From contig CM119270.1 of NCBI GenBank assembly GCA_051294375.1, positions 10,026,984 to 10,090,983 of the forward strand: a DNA stretch of 64,000 bases, in the 5' to 3' direction. The notes beneath the pieces were generated by a model that ran no database searches, was not told where the DNA came from, and worked only from the letters and a program-made list of their open reading frames with translations. The position numbers were made by a program, and so were the translations under genes. Position 1 is the first letter of the stretch. Every line of letters starts with the position of its first letter. The stretch comes from Paraspadella gotoi (taxonomy: Eukaryota; Animalia; Chaetognatha). This document shows, in pieces, positions 22,288 through 34,919 of this stretch.

Positions 22288-22918
22288 ATCTGGACAGCCG
22301 CTGGACCGCCGCTGCAGAGCTGAACTCGTTTTTTGACGAATCTGAGTAGGGCCAAGCTCTTTTCCTTTCTATAAATAAATATTAAAAAATAAATATTTGG
22401 GTAGAAAGCCATATAATAATTTTTTTGTACATTTAAAGTATACTTAAAAATGCATAAATTTTCGTTTCAGCATGTTCCTATACTAAATTTTTGACTCACC
22501 CGATTGAGAGGGGCTACCCCTATTCAGAAGAAAAAAAGAGAGAAAGAGAGAGCGACATATAATTAAAAGAGAGATAGATAGAAGCCTGACAGCCGCTGGA
22601 ATCAGAAGCAGCAGCGACGGAGAAAAAGAGAGAGAGAGAGAGCGACATAATATTAAGAGAGAGAGAGAGAGAAGCTCAACAACCCTTTTACTCGTCCAAA
22701 TAATAAGTCAAAGTACCTATGGCGCCCCAGGTAGCGCGAACTCCTCTCAATGTGAACCGACGCTGGTTCGCGCCCTGGTGATTCATACAAGAAAAGCAGA
22801 ATAAAAAGGAAAAAAAAGGGAGAACGGATGGTGAACTGCTGACGGCGTCGTTCTTCAATATTGTGAGCTTACAATATATATATATATATAATTTTTTTTT
22901 ATTAAAAAAAAAAAAAAA

Positions 22919-22989
<71 letters not shown>

Positions 22990-23278
22990 AGCTGGACGAC
23001 GCTGCAAGAGCCAGAACTCGTTTTTAGACAAATCAGAAGAAGCAGTAACTGAGAAAAAGAGAGAGAGAGAGAAAGAGAGAGAGCGACATATAATTAAAAG
23101 AAAGAGAGAGGGAAAGAGACATATAATTAAAAGGTTTTTGTTTTGTAAATAAAACATAAACAAATGATATGAAACATGGGAATTTTAAAGATCTTGATGA
23201 TTAGAAGCCATATATAAATTTTCAACTTCCTATGATATCATACTTTTAGAAGCCATGATTGCAAAAAAGCGTGACGCA

Positions 23279-23317
<39 letters not shown>

Positions 23318-23360
23318 TTATTATAGAGACAGGACCGGCTTCGCCCGGTCTGTCTCGATA
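21290..23360 (-). mobile_element. DINE-1/Helentron-like non-autonomous element with internal ~300-bp tandem units
   Basis: Right end has the hairpin GAGACAGGACCGG-cttcgc-CCGGTCTGTCTC beside TTATAGAG and a (GAC)n microsatellite. Units 22020-22230 and 22318-22530 are tandem. Blocks are shared with 50760-50980 and 51680-52135. Boundaries are approximate. Confidence 0.5.
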
Positions 23361-26300
23361 GTAAGGAAAGAAAACAGGAAAAAAATATTGAATTAGATGA
23401 AATATAAAAGAAAATAATTTTCATAGGTTAAAACCACGATTATTAAAATTTCGAATGTAATATCCGAAAAGAAGCTTTATAACGAAGAAATTTAAAATGA
23501 TAGAAAACAATTTTAAATTACTCATGATCGAACTCTGAAGCAAAGAAAGAACAAACACATAATTTAAAGTATTAATTATAAGTCATGACTCCTGAGCTCG
23601 ATATCGCATCCCGATGTTATGAGCCGAGATGTTCTGAATCCATGGTGCCGGGTTCATGGGACTAGGATGCGACGTCTTCGCCGAATGACGCATGTCTCGT
23701 GATGCAAAGGATGCGCCTCTCGTCCCTTTGCTCCTTTCCCCCCATCCGGGGCGTGGGGTGGGGCCCAAGGTGGTTTATAAGGTGGAAATGTGCCCACTCT
23801 TGTTTTAGAATTGTTTGTTTTGTTTTATGCTGATATAAATTGATATTATAAATACTTACCTAACAAGAATTTTTTTTCTGTCAAAATCTTAAAATACCCT
23901 TTGTTTTCCTAATCTCCAACCCCATTTGAGAATAGAAAATCGGAATCGAGGTAGTGGTCCTTCGACATCGCCAGGGACACGTCTGGACCCGCTGCCCCCT
24001 TTCCCCCGCCACACGCCCCATCTTCCCGCCTCTTTCCCCCTTTTCCCGCCACGCCATCTCCTGTCGAATTCTCGGGGTTTGCGTTTCTTTCTGTCATCTT
24101 CGTCGTCGTCGTCGTCGTCGTTGTCGTCTTCCTCGTCAAAAGGAAAAACGAAAAATGCGAAAGAAACATTTTTTTTCTTCGTGCGGCCAAGAAACCTTTA
24201 GAAGTCTTGGACCAAATTTTTTTGGAAAAAATCAATGAAAACTTTACGGAAAAAAACTTTTATTAATTTTTTGAGGGCTAAATTTAAAAAAGTTTTCTCC
24301 GTGATAAATTTCATTATAAATTTCACCAATAGTTAAAAAATTTAGCTGATTCCGGCTTTGATTTAAATAGGTACTTTGTTACAAAAACCAAACCTAACGA
24401 AAAAAAAGTTGACAATTTATTTATATTCACTTTTTGTCCATACACAAAAAAAAACATCCATCCGGAAACAAGTCTTCGTCACCACGCCTGCGCTCTACGC
24501 AATGAGACACGCGAAAGATCGTTTAATTAAACAAACACTTGTTTACCTAATAAAAACGATTCGCTTAATCAATGTCTAAATATAAGGGAATCGCGAAAAT
24601 TCCCTCCCGATGATTGATTCCGATGCGGAGACAATTGAAAAGAAATGAAGACATGAGTTGTCTCGCCCGGGAATGAACTCGTCCACCTTAGGATCGACCA
24701 ATGGCTCAACGGGCCGCTGACTCAGACCGATTTTCATTAAAAAATGCTTTGGATTTCCTTTTCAGCCTATCTCGAAAATTTTTCTTTCCTTCAATTTCCT
24801 TGTCTCTTATAATGAGGATGACGACACTTCATATCTTGCTGTATGTTATAGATAACTATCAGGTATTGGATATCAGATAAGAAATTTCTTTTATTATCAA
24901 CCCATAATTTGTTACATCCAAGTTATATCGGTGGAATTTAAAAAAAAATATTATCGAATAAAACATTTTTTGGGATGAAATCAAAACTCAAAACTGTTTC
25001 ACTTGCAATTCCTCCCACGAAGGAATTCTGCTGATATTAAAAAAAAAATAATCAAATTAACATTGACGCCCTTTTAGGATATAACATATGTCTTTAAAGA
25101 TGATTAAGTTAAAGTAATCACGCATCGATGCCTTTTTGACTTTTTTCGCCCAAGTTGAGTCCAACCCTGGAGACAAAGGAAAGATCGATGAAAGGTAATT
25201 CGATCTTAAGGGCGAGTAATAAATTTTTACCACCGATTTCCTGAAAAAAAAAGGACAGGATGTCCGAAGATTTTCATTATTGTTTCATGATAAGTATTGA
25301 GTGACGATAGAACTCAGGTAAGATCTCTAGAATGTAACGGAACTGAAAATATGTTTCTCTTTCTAGTTACTATCTAGGAAGAAAGTATATGACATTTTTA
25401 ATAAAAGATATCTACTAGAAAACCTATTTAATTTTTAAAAAATCAAATTATTTCCGAATCTATATTGAATTTCCTTTCAGTAGCTTCCTTCTATTTTTTT
25501 GTAGGTCAAATCGTTTAGAAGTTACAAGCAAAAAATATTGTTACTTCAAATGAAAAATGGCGAAAAAAAAGGATTTAATTTCCCACCATTTTTGGTATTT
25601 AGTTATTTGTTTTTATTTTAAATAGAGTTAGTTATTTTTTTAATATTTTTTAATTTGGCAATGCTAAAGGCCTTGCACCTCTTTCTGGTTCAAAAAAGTA
25701 TTATTATAGCTCTCAGAAAAGAGGGAAAGATGCGCAACATTAATATCGGGGCTGCGCAGAATTGCGTTAAAGATGTCAAAAAACATTTCACTGTCATACC
25801 TCAATTTGCTGTATTAGAGCATACCCAGACAAAGGCAGGCAGGAAGGCTGAAGTTTTACCCATGTTTTATATACTTTTTATTGAATAAATGAATTGTGTC
25901 ATATACTTTTTTCCTAGATAGTAGTTGACACTTAAATTTAAAATATAAATGAAAAATATTTAAAACTAATTTTGTGAATAATAACATTTTGTTATGAATA
26001 GCGTGCGAGTCAATTTCGCTTGGCTTTTCTTCCTTACATATATATATTTCTCAGCTCATAACTTTCGATAATAATTGTAATTATTTTTTAATAATCTCCT
26101 CTAAATGGAAAAAAACAGTGTTTATTACCAGTCCATCGCGATATATTTCCAATCGCTTTAACATAAACGATTTTCAAGTGATAAATTTTCTACAACGTTT
26201 AAAGCTTTTTTTGAATTAATAATTCCCATTTTTATCCCACACTCATTTTTCTTTTCATTTTGCTTCATCAGAACTCGTATGGCATAATTGACGAGCAAAA

Positions 26301-27677
26301 AAAGTTGTTTAAAGAAAAACAAAAAACTTTTGACACTCTGTGGCATGAATTCTCTCTCTTTCTCTGTGGCTTTCTCTCTCTCTTTCTTTCTCTGGACTTA
26401 GCATTCTGGACTGATAAAAAAAAAAGTAAGTTAAAAGAAAGAGAAGAGATTGAAAAGGTCGAAAAGGAGCGAAGGGATTGAACTTACCTTCCGTATGCAC
26501 GGCAGCGACCAGGGAGGCATGGGAATATCGGAAAGTGTAAGAAAGGGGTCGTAATGAGGAGGAGACCTCTTTTTTATGGTACTCAGTCTTCTATAGTAAA
26601 CGTTTTAATAAATTTAATAATTATCCAAAGCTGAACTCGAAAAGCTATCTCTTGAGATTATTTTTCCCTTGTTTTGCAATAACCAAAATAAAAAACCCTG
26701 TAAAAAGTGTAAGTATAGGGGCGTTAAGCAGGACCCTCGCTTCAACGCACGAAGAAAAATATTGTCTTCGAAATCGTCTGGGATTTTTTGGACGAGAAGA
26801 AGAGAAGAACCGAATCAAAAAAGGGTCAAAGGGGATTGCTCTGTCTACTCCGCTAATTCGAGATTAAATCTTTATTAATCTGTTAATTAATATTTTTACA
26901 TAGTACGATGTTTGTTAAGTTTAGAGCGACGTATGTAGATTTTTAAATTATTTTCTTCTGTTTTTTAGAAAAAAAATCTGGCTGGGAGGAAAAATTAGGA
27001 ACAATTAACAGTGAAACAACTACACCAAAAATCATTCATACAATTATAAAAACCAAATCGAATTTTCGATTTAGGAATGACTCCCAACTGACGCGGACTC
27101 AATCACTCGTCAACAAAGTACTCAAGTCCTTAAAAAAGTCTTATCTTTTTGCCCAATCTTTTTCTCTAAGGTCAAAATTGAAACTGCTTCAAGGTTCAAG
27201 GTCAAATCTTACTTCCGAGAAAGTTATCAAATCGCTCATAATTTAAACCGCACCATAAGAGCTTAACCGAATCTGATACGGCTCATTCTTTCATACATAC
27301 GTAATCCATTCAAGGGACCTAATAGCCTAATTAAGAGCGCCAAATCATTATTAAGAGCTCCTTCATTTTTCAATCTGATATCATCAAAGGGATCCTCACC
27401 CTTGCCTTACCCTAAATCCATCCGCCTTCCCTTTCGCTTTCCCTAATCGAATCCGACGCCGAATCAATTTCCGTCGACCCCAAAAAATCTCGTAAAACGA
27501 CGGAAAAAATAGAGAAACCCGCCGAGTCCGTACGTCCCTCCCCATTATCCCGCCGTCCAGTCCGTCGATACTTTCGTCCATCCATCATCGCGTTTTATGG
27601 GATTCGAATCCTTCGATATTTTAATCTCCTTCCTTTCGCCTCCGTGCACGTCAGTTCGTAATCGAGGCTTCGAAAAG

Positions 27678-27727
<50 letters not shown>

Positions 27728-28082
27728 AGGGAGAAGAAAAGAAAAAGCGAGAGACTGAATCGGAGTCGGTGAGATCGAGCGACGGAGTTCTCGCCTCCGA
27801 AGACAAAAAAAACGATCCCGGGTTCGCGACGCGAAAGTTTCCCGCCGCACTTTCTCCTCCCCTTTCTCCTTCCCTTTCTCCTCCCCTTTCTCCTCCCTTC
27901 TCTTCTCCTATTTTACTCGTCTTCGTTCTCCACCTTCGTCTCTTTCTCTCTTTCTCTCTTTCTCCCTCTCTATAACTATATCGTCCATTAACAACCTCCC
28001 CTTCTCCAGCTCCCTCTCTCTCTTACTTTTCCTGGCCTCGACTTCCGGGGACAAGTCTAAACAAAAGGCGATCACATTTCCT

Positions 28083-28145
<63 letters not shown>

Positions 28146-28268
28146 CTCTTCTTTCTCTCTCTCTCTCTCTCTTTTTTCTGATTCCACAATTTTGGTACCG
28201 TCTCTCCGTACGTCCTTTCCCACTCCTGACCCTACTCTTTCTGTTTCCGTTGTCGACACTTTCTCTCG

Positions 28269-28299
<31 letters not shown>

Positions 28300-29190
28300 C
28301 ATCTCTCCGTCGTTCTAGGTTTTTGTTCCTCCCTTCAATTTATTTACTTAGGAAAAAAAGAGTATCTTTCTTTGTTTTTTACTCTTTTTTACTTCTCGTT
28401 TCTTTTCTTGCCTCTTTTCTTTTTCGACGCCTTCAAAAAGAGAAGGAGCCTTTCTTCTTCTCTTCCTCATCCTTCCACTCCTCCAACTCCTTCTTCTTTA
28501 TCTTCGTCATCCTCCGTCAAATTTTCCCGGCTCATCCTTGTCGCCGTCTTCGTTGTCGTCGCCGTCGTATTCGCGCGGACCTCCAACATCCCTGGAAGTG
28601 TTTGCGGCATTCCTCGACGACGAATTTCGAACATCTTAGCCTAATTCCTCGCATCGCCGCGTTTCATTTTTCTTGCTCGAGTAGTACGACATTGGAGTCA
28701 TTGCTCAAATCGCTTTGCGTATCACTTCACCTGTTGCATCAGCATCAGCATCTAGCATCGTCTGTACAGCATCTTCTAGTCGCCTCAAACATTTCGTCAG
28801 CCTTGAAACAGTTCGCTAAATTCTAAGTACATTCTCGCTCAATTGTTCATCATTTTTGAGTCCGATACAATATCGCGGCATATTGCTGCATATCGCTGCA
28901 TCTTCTTTTCGCCGCTGCTGCAGAATTCAATCGACGCTTTGACCCGCCTCCTTGAATCCAACCGATCGTCCCAAGATACTTAACTTCGCGGCATAGAAAG
29001 GTGAGTTTAGGATGACTTACAAAAACAAACTATTCAATAGAAGTAGAACGTACGTAGTTATCAGAATAAGACTCGATTGATAACCTTGCATAGTTAAGTC
29101 TATCTATCTTTGAGTAATTAACTTTCAAATTTAAATAAAATAAACTTAAGCAAAGTTTGAAAATAATTTCATCAACGATTTTATTTGTGT

Positions 29191-29233
29191 ACGGACATGT
29201 TTCGACTCTTTTATTTCGAGCCCTTCATCAGCA
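29191..29233 (-). ncRNA. Minimal type-I hammerhead ribozyme
   Basis: Minus strand: CTGATGA-AG-GGCTC-gaaataaaa-GAGTC-GAAACATGTC-cgt. Confidence 0.7.
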
Positions 29234-29272
29234 GTCTACAAATTTGTGCAAAAGAAGGAGAGCGAGAGAGAG

Positions 29273-29322
<50 letters not shown>

Positions 29323-30436
29323 AGAGAGAGAGAGGGCAAAAAAATTCCAACACAGAGATAGTGGTTTAAAGAATGAGTACAGTTTAAGTTGAGGACAGAT
29401 CAGTTGTGAAAAGAAGTGAAATGGTCAATTGGTGAAAGAGAGAGAGACAGAGAGAGAGAAGGAGAGAGAGAAGAGAGAGAGAAGAGAGAGAGACAAAATA
29501 ATACATTGTGCAAGGTACAACAAGGAATAAGTTTAAACTAATAGTGAATTTAACAATTAATCTAATAATAAATAGATAGTAATGAAAGGAAAGAAAGTTT
29601 TTAATGTGAAATGATACATTTTTTGTGAGGGATAGATAAGTGACTGTTAAAGTGAAAGATTAAGAATTAAGATAGGAGCTCAAAATGAACAGGCCCTCCT
29701 TGGTTTATGCAAATGAAAGGCCTTAACGATGTAGCCGGGTCATTGACGCGTCATGGTTGAGATGACAATCTTATTGAGTTCGTTGTCATTGCATTAGGCA
29801 GACTTCCTTGCGGGAAAAGACCAAGTGCAACTCGAATGTCTCTTTGGCCTGATACGCCTGCCGACTGCCCCCTTCTCGCCTGCTGGGAGGCGGGCGGTTG
29901 TCCATTCTTGCCACTTTTTCGGCAGGAGTGACGGACTTCCTCTCCGCCTCATGTAGCCGTCGTTTTAGGCGGCGCTCATCCCCAGAGAGAGGGACTGAGT
30001 TGCTACAATCAAGGGAGAGGCATCGTCTGCCCATTGCCTGCGCAAGGGTCTCCGCCTGTCTCGTTGAGTGGAGCAGCGGGAATCATTGTGCGGTCGTGGT
30101 GGTGGCGGGCCTCCACCACGCTTTTGATAAGCGAATCATAGCTTGGGGGAGTCGAATCGTCCTCCATCACGATTTCAAAGAAGGTTTGAGGGCTTTGATG
30201 TAAATTGCCTCTCTAATACCTCTTGTGAACCAGTTCGGGTCATGGGACAGCACGAGACAGTCTGACTCTCTAAATGCATGGCCAGTGTTCGCTGTGTGCT
30301 CAGCGATTGCGGACAGGAAGTGTTCCACGGGCATCACGATAGGGCTTTGTGTGCTGTTGGAAAACGTCTGTTGAGAGACTACATTTGCCACAAGTATTAT
30401 TTTGTCTCTCTCTGTTTCTCTCTCTCTCTCTTTCCT

Positions 30437-30467
<31 letters not shown>

Positions 30468-30580
30468 TTCACCAATTGACCATTTCACTTCTTTTCACAA
30501 CTGATCTGTCCTCAACTTAAACTGTACTCATTCTTTAAACCACTATCTCTGTGTTGGAAACTTTTTGCCCTCTCTCTCTT

Positions 30581-30617
<37 letters not shown>

Positions 30618-30647
30618 TCTTTTGCACAAATTTGTAGATGCTTTATT

Positions 30648-30691
30648 AACGCTGATGAAGGCTCGAAATACAAGAGTCGAAACATGTCCGT
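30648..30691 (+). ncRNA. Minimal type-I hammerhead ribozyme
   Basis: acg-CTGATGA-A-GGCTC-gaaatacaa-GAGTC-GAAACATGTC-cgt; stem I is ACG/CGT and helix III is the palindrome ACATGT. Confidence 0.85.
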
Positions 30692-31275
30692 ACACAAATA
30701 AAATCGTTGATGAAATTATTTTCAAACTTTGCTTAAATCTCTAAACTCAACGAAGCTGAAAAGATTAATACAATAACAATAAAATAAACATAAACATCGT
30801 ATTATGTCTATGTTTATTTTGAAATTTTATTAATCTCTACAGGATTATTTATAATTTTAAATTAATTACTATTTGTATCAATTACTTATTAGTACTATTA
30901 GTAACTAATTAAGAATTAATTTCAATAAAAATGACGATTAAATAAGATTAGGAGGTTATTAGGGATCGTTATTTTTCATTAATGAAAAAAATAATCCTTT
31001 TTCGTAGAAAATCCGATCCGGTTGATGATTATTAAGAAAAAGGAAACAACAAAAATTATCTCAATCTTATATCGCGGGTTCATGGCCCATTTGACCACAA
31101 CCGAAAATAAGCACGAAGATGAGATTACGAATCGCGCGGAAAAAATGACGACGATGACGAGGGCGACGATGATGATGACGACGACGATGAAAAGACGTGA
31201 CTCATTAGCAAAATCTTTTTCCAACCGTTTGGCCCTATAGTCTTCCTGAGTGATGCATACTTCTTTCTTACTATT

Positions 31276-31486
31276 CTAATTAACCAGAGACCCTTCTTTA
31301 CTTTTTTCTTCAAGACCGGACGAAGCTTCGAAAAAAATCGGCATCTCCAACCCGAAGACTTCCCGTTGATTGTCCGAAGACGGAAGATTGTCGACGAGCG
31401 AGTTGAGCCGAGGAGAATCAACTTCTGGAGTCACCGTCGATATCACGGAGGGTGGCTCACTGGCTCAGTGCTGGAAGAAGCTTCAC
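31276..31486 (-). CDS. Candidate terminal coding exon of an unidentified minus-strand gene
   Basis: Preceded by a polypyrimidine tract, a CTAAC branch point and CAG. Reads EASSSTEPVSHPPVISTVTPEVDSPRLNSLVDNLPSSDNQREVFGLEMPIFFEASSGLEEKSKEGSLVN* if the extra base seen in the duplicate copy (~42053) is restored. No homology recognised. Confidence 0.35.
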
Positions 31487-31519
31487 CTGAGGATAGTTAG
31501 GAGGTAAGTGGAAAAAAGG

Positions 31520-31554
<35 letters not shown>

Positions 31555-33587
31555 AAAGCGTAATTAATAAATATTGTTAATCTATTTATTGACGCGCCGA
31601 ATGTTTGTAAATTCGCTCCTTCCGTCTTCTTCGTCGATGTCGTCGTCGTCGTCGTCTTCTGAATGCGCCTCCGATCCTAAAATTTGTCGTTTTAATCCTT
31701 TAAAAACGAATCTTGGTATATTTATGGGCCAAGACGTTCTATTCGTGCATCTTAACCGACTCGTCTCATTTGTGTTTATTGGAATCAGATGAGAGTGATG
31801 ATATCCGAGATGCTCTTTTGTTTAATGAGCATCGTTTTCAGTCGCAATCTTTCAAGTCGATGACAAATACAAATATTATTAATAAAGTTTTCCTGATTGT
31901 CAATTAATTTACTTATTATGAATACGAGAGACAGATACGAGACAGAGAAGAAAGATGCTTTTTCGCAACCACCATAATGACGTTTATGATTGTGCTTGGC
32001 AAGTGGTAACATTCTGATCAAAAGTGTAATTTTGTGATTAAGATGTTTTTAACGCTTTATTACCCTTTTCTTCATAACTTGGGCCAAAGTAGAAAAAGCC
32101 AAAAATAGTATGATATTAGACGGCACATAGTGGACGATGGACATACTAAATACGTTTAGTATAAGACAGTATATTCTGTAGATTCTATACTCACCATTTA
32201 CACTTAAAATGACCAGTTTTTTAATTTAAGATTATTTTCCAATAAATCTAAATGATTTTTTGTTCTCGATAGCGCCATTTTTGGGTGTAAATGGCACGCT
32301 ATATTCTCTTTCGTCGACAGGATATGATATGGAACGATATGAGAATGTATACGAGGAAAAGACGATGATACGACACGGCAGATACGTCTATATATGATAT
32401 GACACTGATGTGACGGCTTTGCGTGTCAAGAAATGACAAGTTTAAAGCGTAATAGTCTTATTACACGAATTCCCGTCGTCACTCGACCGGGCAAGGTGGC
32501 CCGATTTATTGGGATTTTTTTTCCCGGGAGTTCTGCGTCTACCTCATTCAGTGGGGATAGTTATTATTTCTAAAAAGTACATTGCAAATCTCGATATTCT
32601 CTTGATATTTGTTACATACCCTGATGGAAAAAAAATTGTCTCGGTTACTTTCCAGCTATTTTTCGACCTTTTAATGTAAGAATCGAAAAATAAAATTTAG
32701 ATATCCAAAAGCTTTGGACTTTTGTAATTCATATGAGCTGTCTCTCATTTATGTATGACAAAAAATACCGGAGTTCCATGCAAAAGAAAAGGAGTTGTCC
32801 AAAAAATATTTTTTTTTATATACACTTATCTACACTTTTTATTTATATTAATTTCCGGTTCTTTTTATTATTTTTTTAGTTAAACCAATACTATTAAAAA
32901 TCCCCGCCTTTTCTCAGTCTCATGTCAAATGGTTATTGCATCATCTCCATTAAGGCGGATCTCTGACGTATATTTTTTTTCAAAATCTTCTACCTCTCGG
33001 TTTTTCCTTTGCCTTTTGTTGTTTCCTTTGCTTTCACAACAGCAATTGATTAAAAAATATTCGGGATCACACGCCTTTTTTTCAATTTATAAAAAAATAG
33101 CCGATCGCGATCTGTGATTGGTCAATATCGGTCACGTGACCTTAAAATCTTTGTATTTTTAACATTTTTTTAGGGTAGAAAGTTATTTAGTAGTAGTATA
33201 ATGAATATTTTGCTTAAAACAATTGAAAAATATTTTTTTTAAATATTAAAGAGTAAAACAGAAAGTAAGTGTGTCAGAAACAAAGTAAAAGAAAGCCCGC
33301 TGATAGCCAAAGTGGTCAAGCAGGCAAATAATACTTAAATTTTCTCTCTTAATTTTTTGCTCTTTTCTCTAACCCTTTCTCTTTTACTCTATATGTCTCT
33401 CTCTCTCTTCTTTCTCTCATAATCTAAAAAAATTAAATTGGTTTAATTTGAATAGTGATGAAAAGCTTAAAATCAGGTGATCAGACGATAAGACATAACC
33501 CTGTCATGTTCAGAAACGACTACTTAAAAATATTAACAAGCATGGCTTTTATCGTATGCAATACAATGGGCGCGCATAAAAACGTAG

Positions 33588-33866
33588 TGAGGCGACTTAC
33601 CTCCGGTCTCTCTCTCTAAACCCTTCCTCTCTCCTCTTTCTTCGAGCCGGTCTATTCCACACGGTCACTTTGCCCTAGCTTTGGCAATGACCTTAGATTG
33701 ACCGGACACAGTAATAGGGCCGAGGCGACCGTAAGGTCAAGTTGGTCCGGGCGATGATAAAAGTGGATCAGGAGAGAGCTAGACTCACTTCTTTTCTACT
33801 TCTCTCACATCGTCACAATTCTTCACCTTCTTCTCACTTTTATTATTACTATTTTCGTCTTCTACA
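33588..33866 (+). mobile_element. Solo LTR (279 bp) with 4-bp TSD GTAG
   Basis: TGAGGCG...CTTCTACA, with GTAG at 33584-33587 and 33867-33870. Confidence 0.78.
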
Positions 33867-34639
33867 GTAGTTGCTTAAAAATTTCTTTTGTTTCATGGTG
33901 TGTAAAAGTAAAAAGCCAGAAAAAACGTTTGCCACTAATCGTTCAGACAGGGCAGGATGTTAAGTTTTGTCTCGATATAGGGTCCCTCCCTTGTAACTTA
34001 GATAAACTCTTTTTCCTAAAGAATTCTTCCTCGTCTAATCATATATTTGCTTGAAGCTTGATTTGTATTTGAAAAGATATGACTTACTACATTCATAATT
34101 TTATTTTAAAAAGATTTTTAAAATAAAAAAAATAATTTGTGTAACAGAAAAATAGGAATTATTTAACTTCTCTAAAAAAATTTTCGTTTTAAAAGAGGCT
34201 GCAATTCCTCAACTATTGATGTATATTATATAAGGGGGGAAAATTTAATAACATATTTTAAATAATAAATAATGGAGGAATCAACTTTGTGACCTTAGAT
34301 TTAATAAGGATGAAGACAGTGAGAAAGAGAGAGAGAATAAATATTTATGAATGACCTAAGGTTTGAGTGTTTATAAATTGGTACAACCAATATAAAAATT
34401 ATTCATTCATTTTAACAAACTGTCTTGCCCCTGACTTTGGAAAATGTGAAAATGTGGTATAATTTTGAAAAAGCAAGATATTGACTCAACCATACTTAAT
34501 TTGTATGCACCAAATAAAAATAATAATTAAATGAAATATCTATATTAGTCTAATAATATTTATATGCTTGATTTTCAATTGTGATAACAAATATAAAATC
34601 AATTAAAAAAAATCATATACATCATATAAATCATATAAA

Positions 34640-34880
34640 TCATACAATTTAAACATTCTTTGAAATATTTTCCACTTCATATTGATATGGGAGCCAGGTA
34701 CTCTGGGAGTGAATAACGAGACTGTGAAAAGACGTCTGATTGAAAACTTGCAGGGACCTGCTATGTCATTATCTTTAAGAGTGATGGAGGCCTTAAACCA
34801 CCAAAGCCTGTCCAAAGTCAGGGGCAAGATAGCTTATTTATTAAGAATGGATAATTTTTTATATTGGTTGTACAATTTCA
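34640..34880 (+). repeat. Unclassified ~250-bp interspersed repeat (GCCAGGTACTCTGGGAGTGAATA...GGGGCAAGATAGCTT...TTGGTTGTAC)
   Basis: Full or partial copies at 34360-34440 (minus), 36180-36270, 45255-45495, 46810-46930, 54245-54300 (minus), 54820-54870 (minus) and 54950-55185. Confidence 0.75.
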
Positions 34881-34919
34881 TTAAAATTCAGCTCCTTGTA
34901 TTTTGATGCTAGTGCGGAG

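Larger units (their letters stand above)
29146..30736 (-). mobile_element. Penelope-like element fragment with ~360-bp inverted pseudo-LTRs around a GIY-YIG 3' fragment
   Basis: 29146-~29513 and ~30385-30736 are inverted repeats. The inside reads, on the minus strand, HFLSAIAEHTANTGHAFRESDCLVLSHDPNWFTRGIREAIYIKALKPSL, homologous to 3653-4393. Confidence 0.88.

Noticed and set aside
21880-22640. Regularly spaced repeats (also 51680-52135) as a CRISPR-like array
   Set aside because: Whole units repeat with no unique spacers, there are no cas genes, and the context is eukaryotic.
28330-28980. GC-richer block with acidic/basic minus-strand peptides
   Set aside because: Stops or frame breaks in both duplicate copies, no recognisable domain or clear splice sites.
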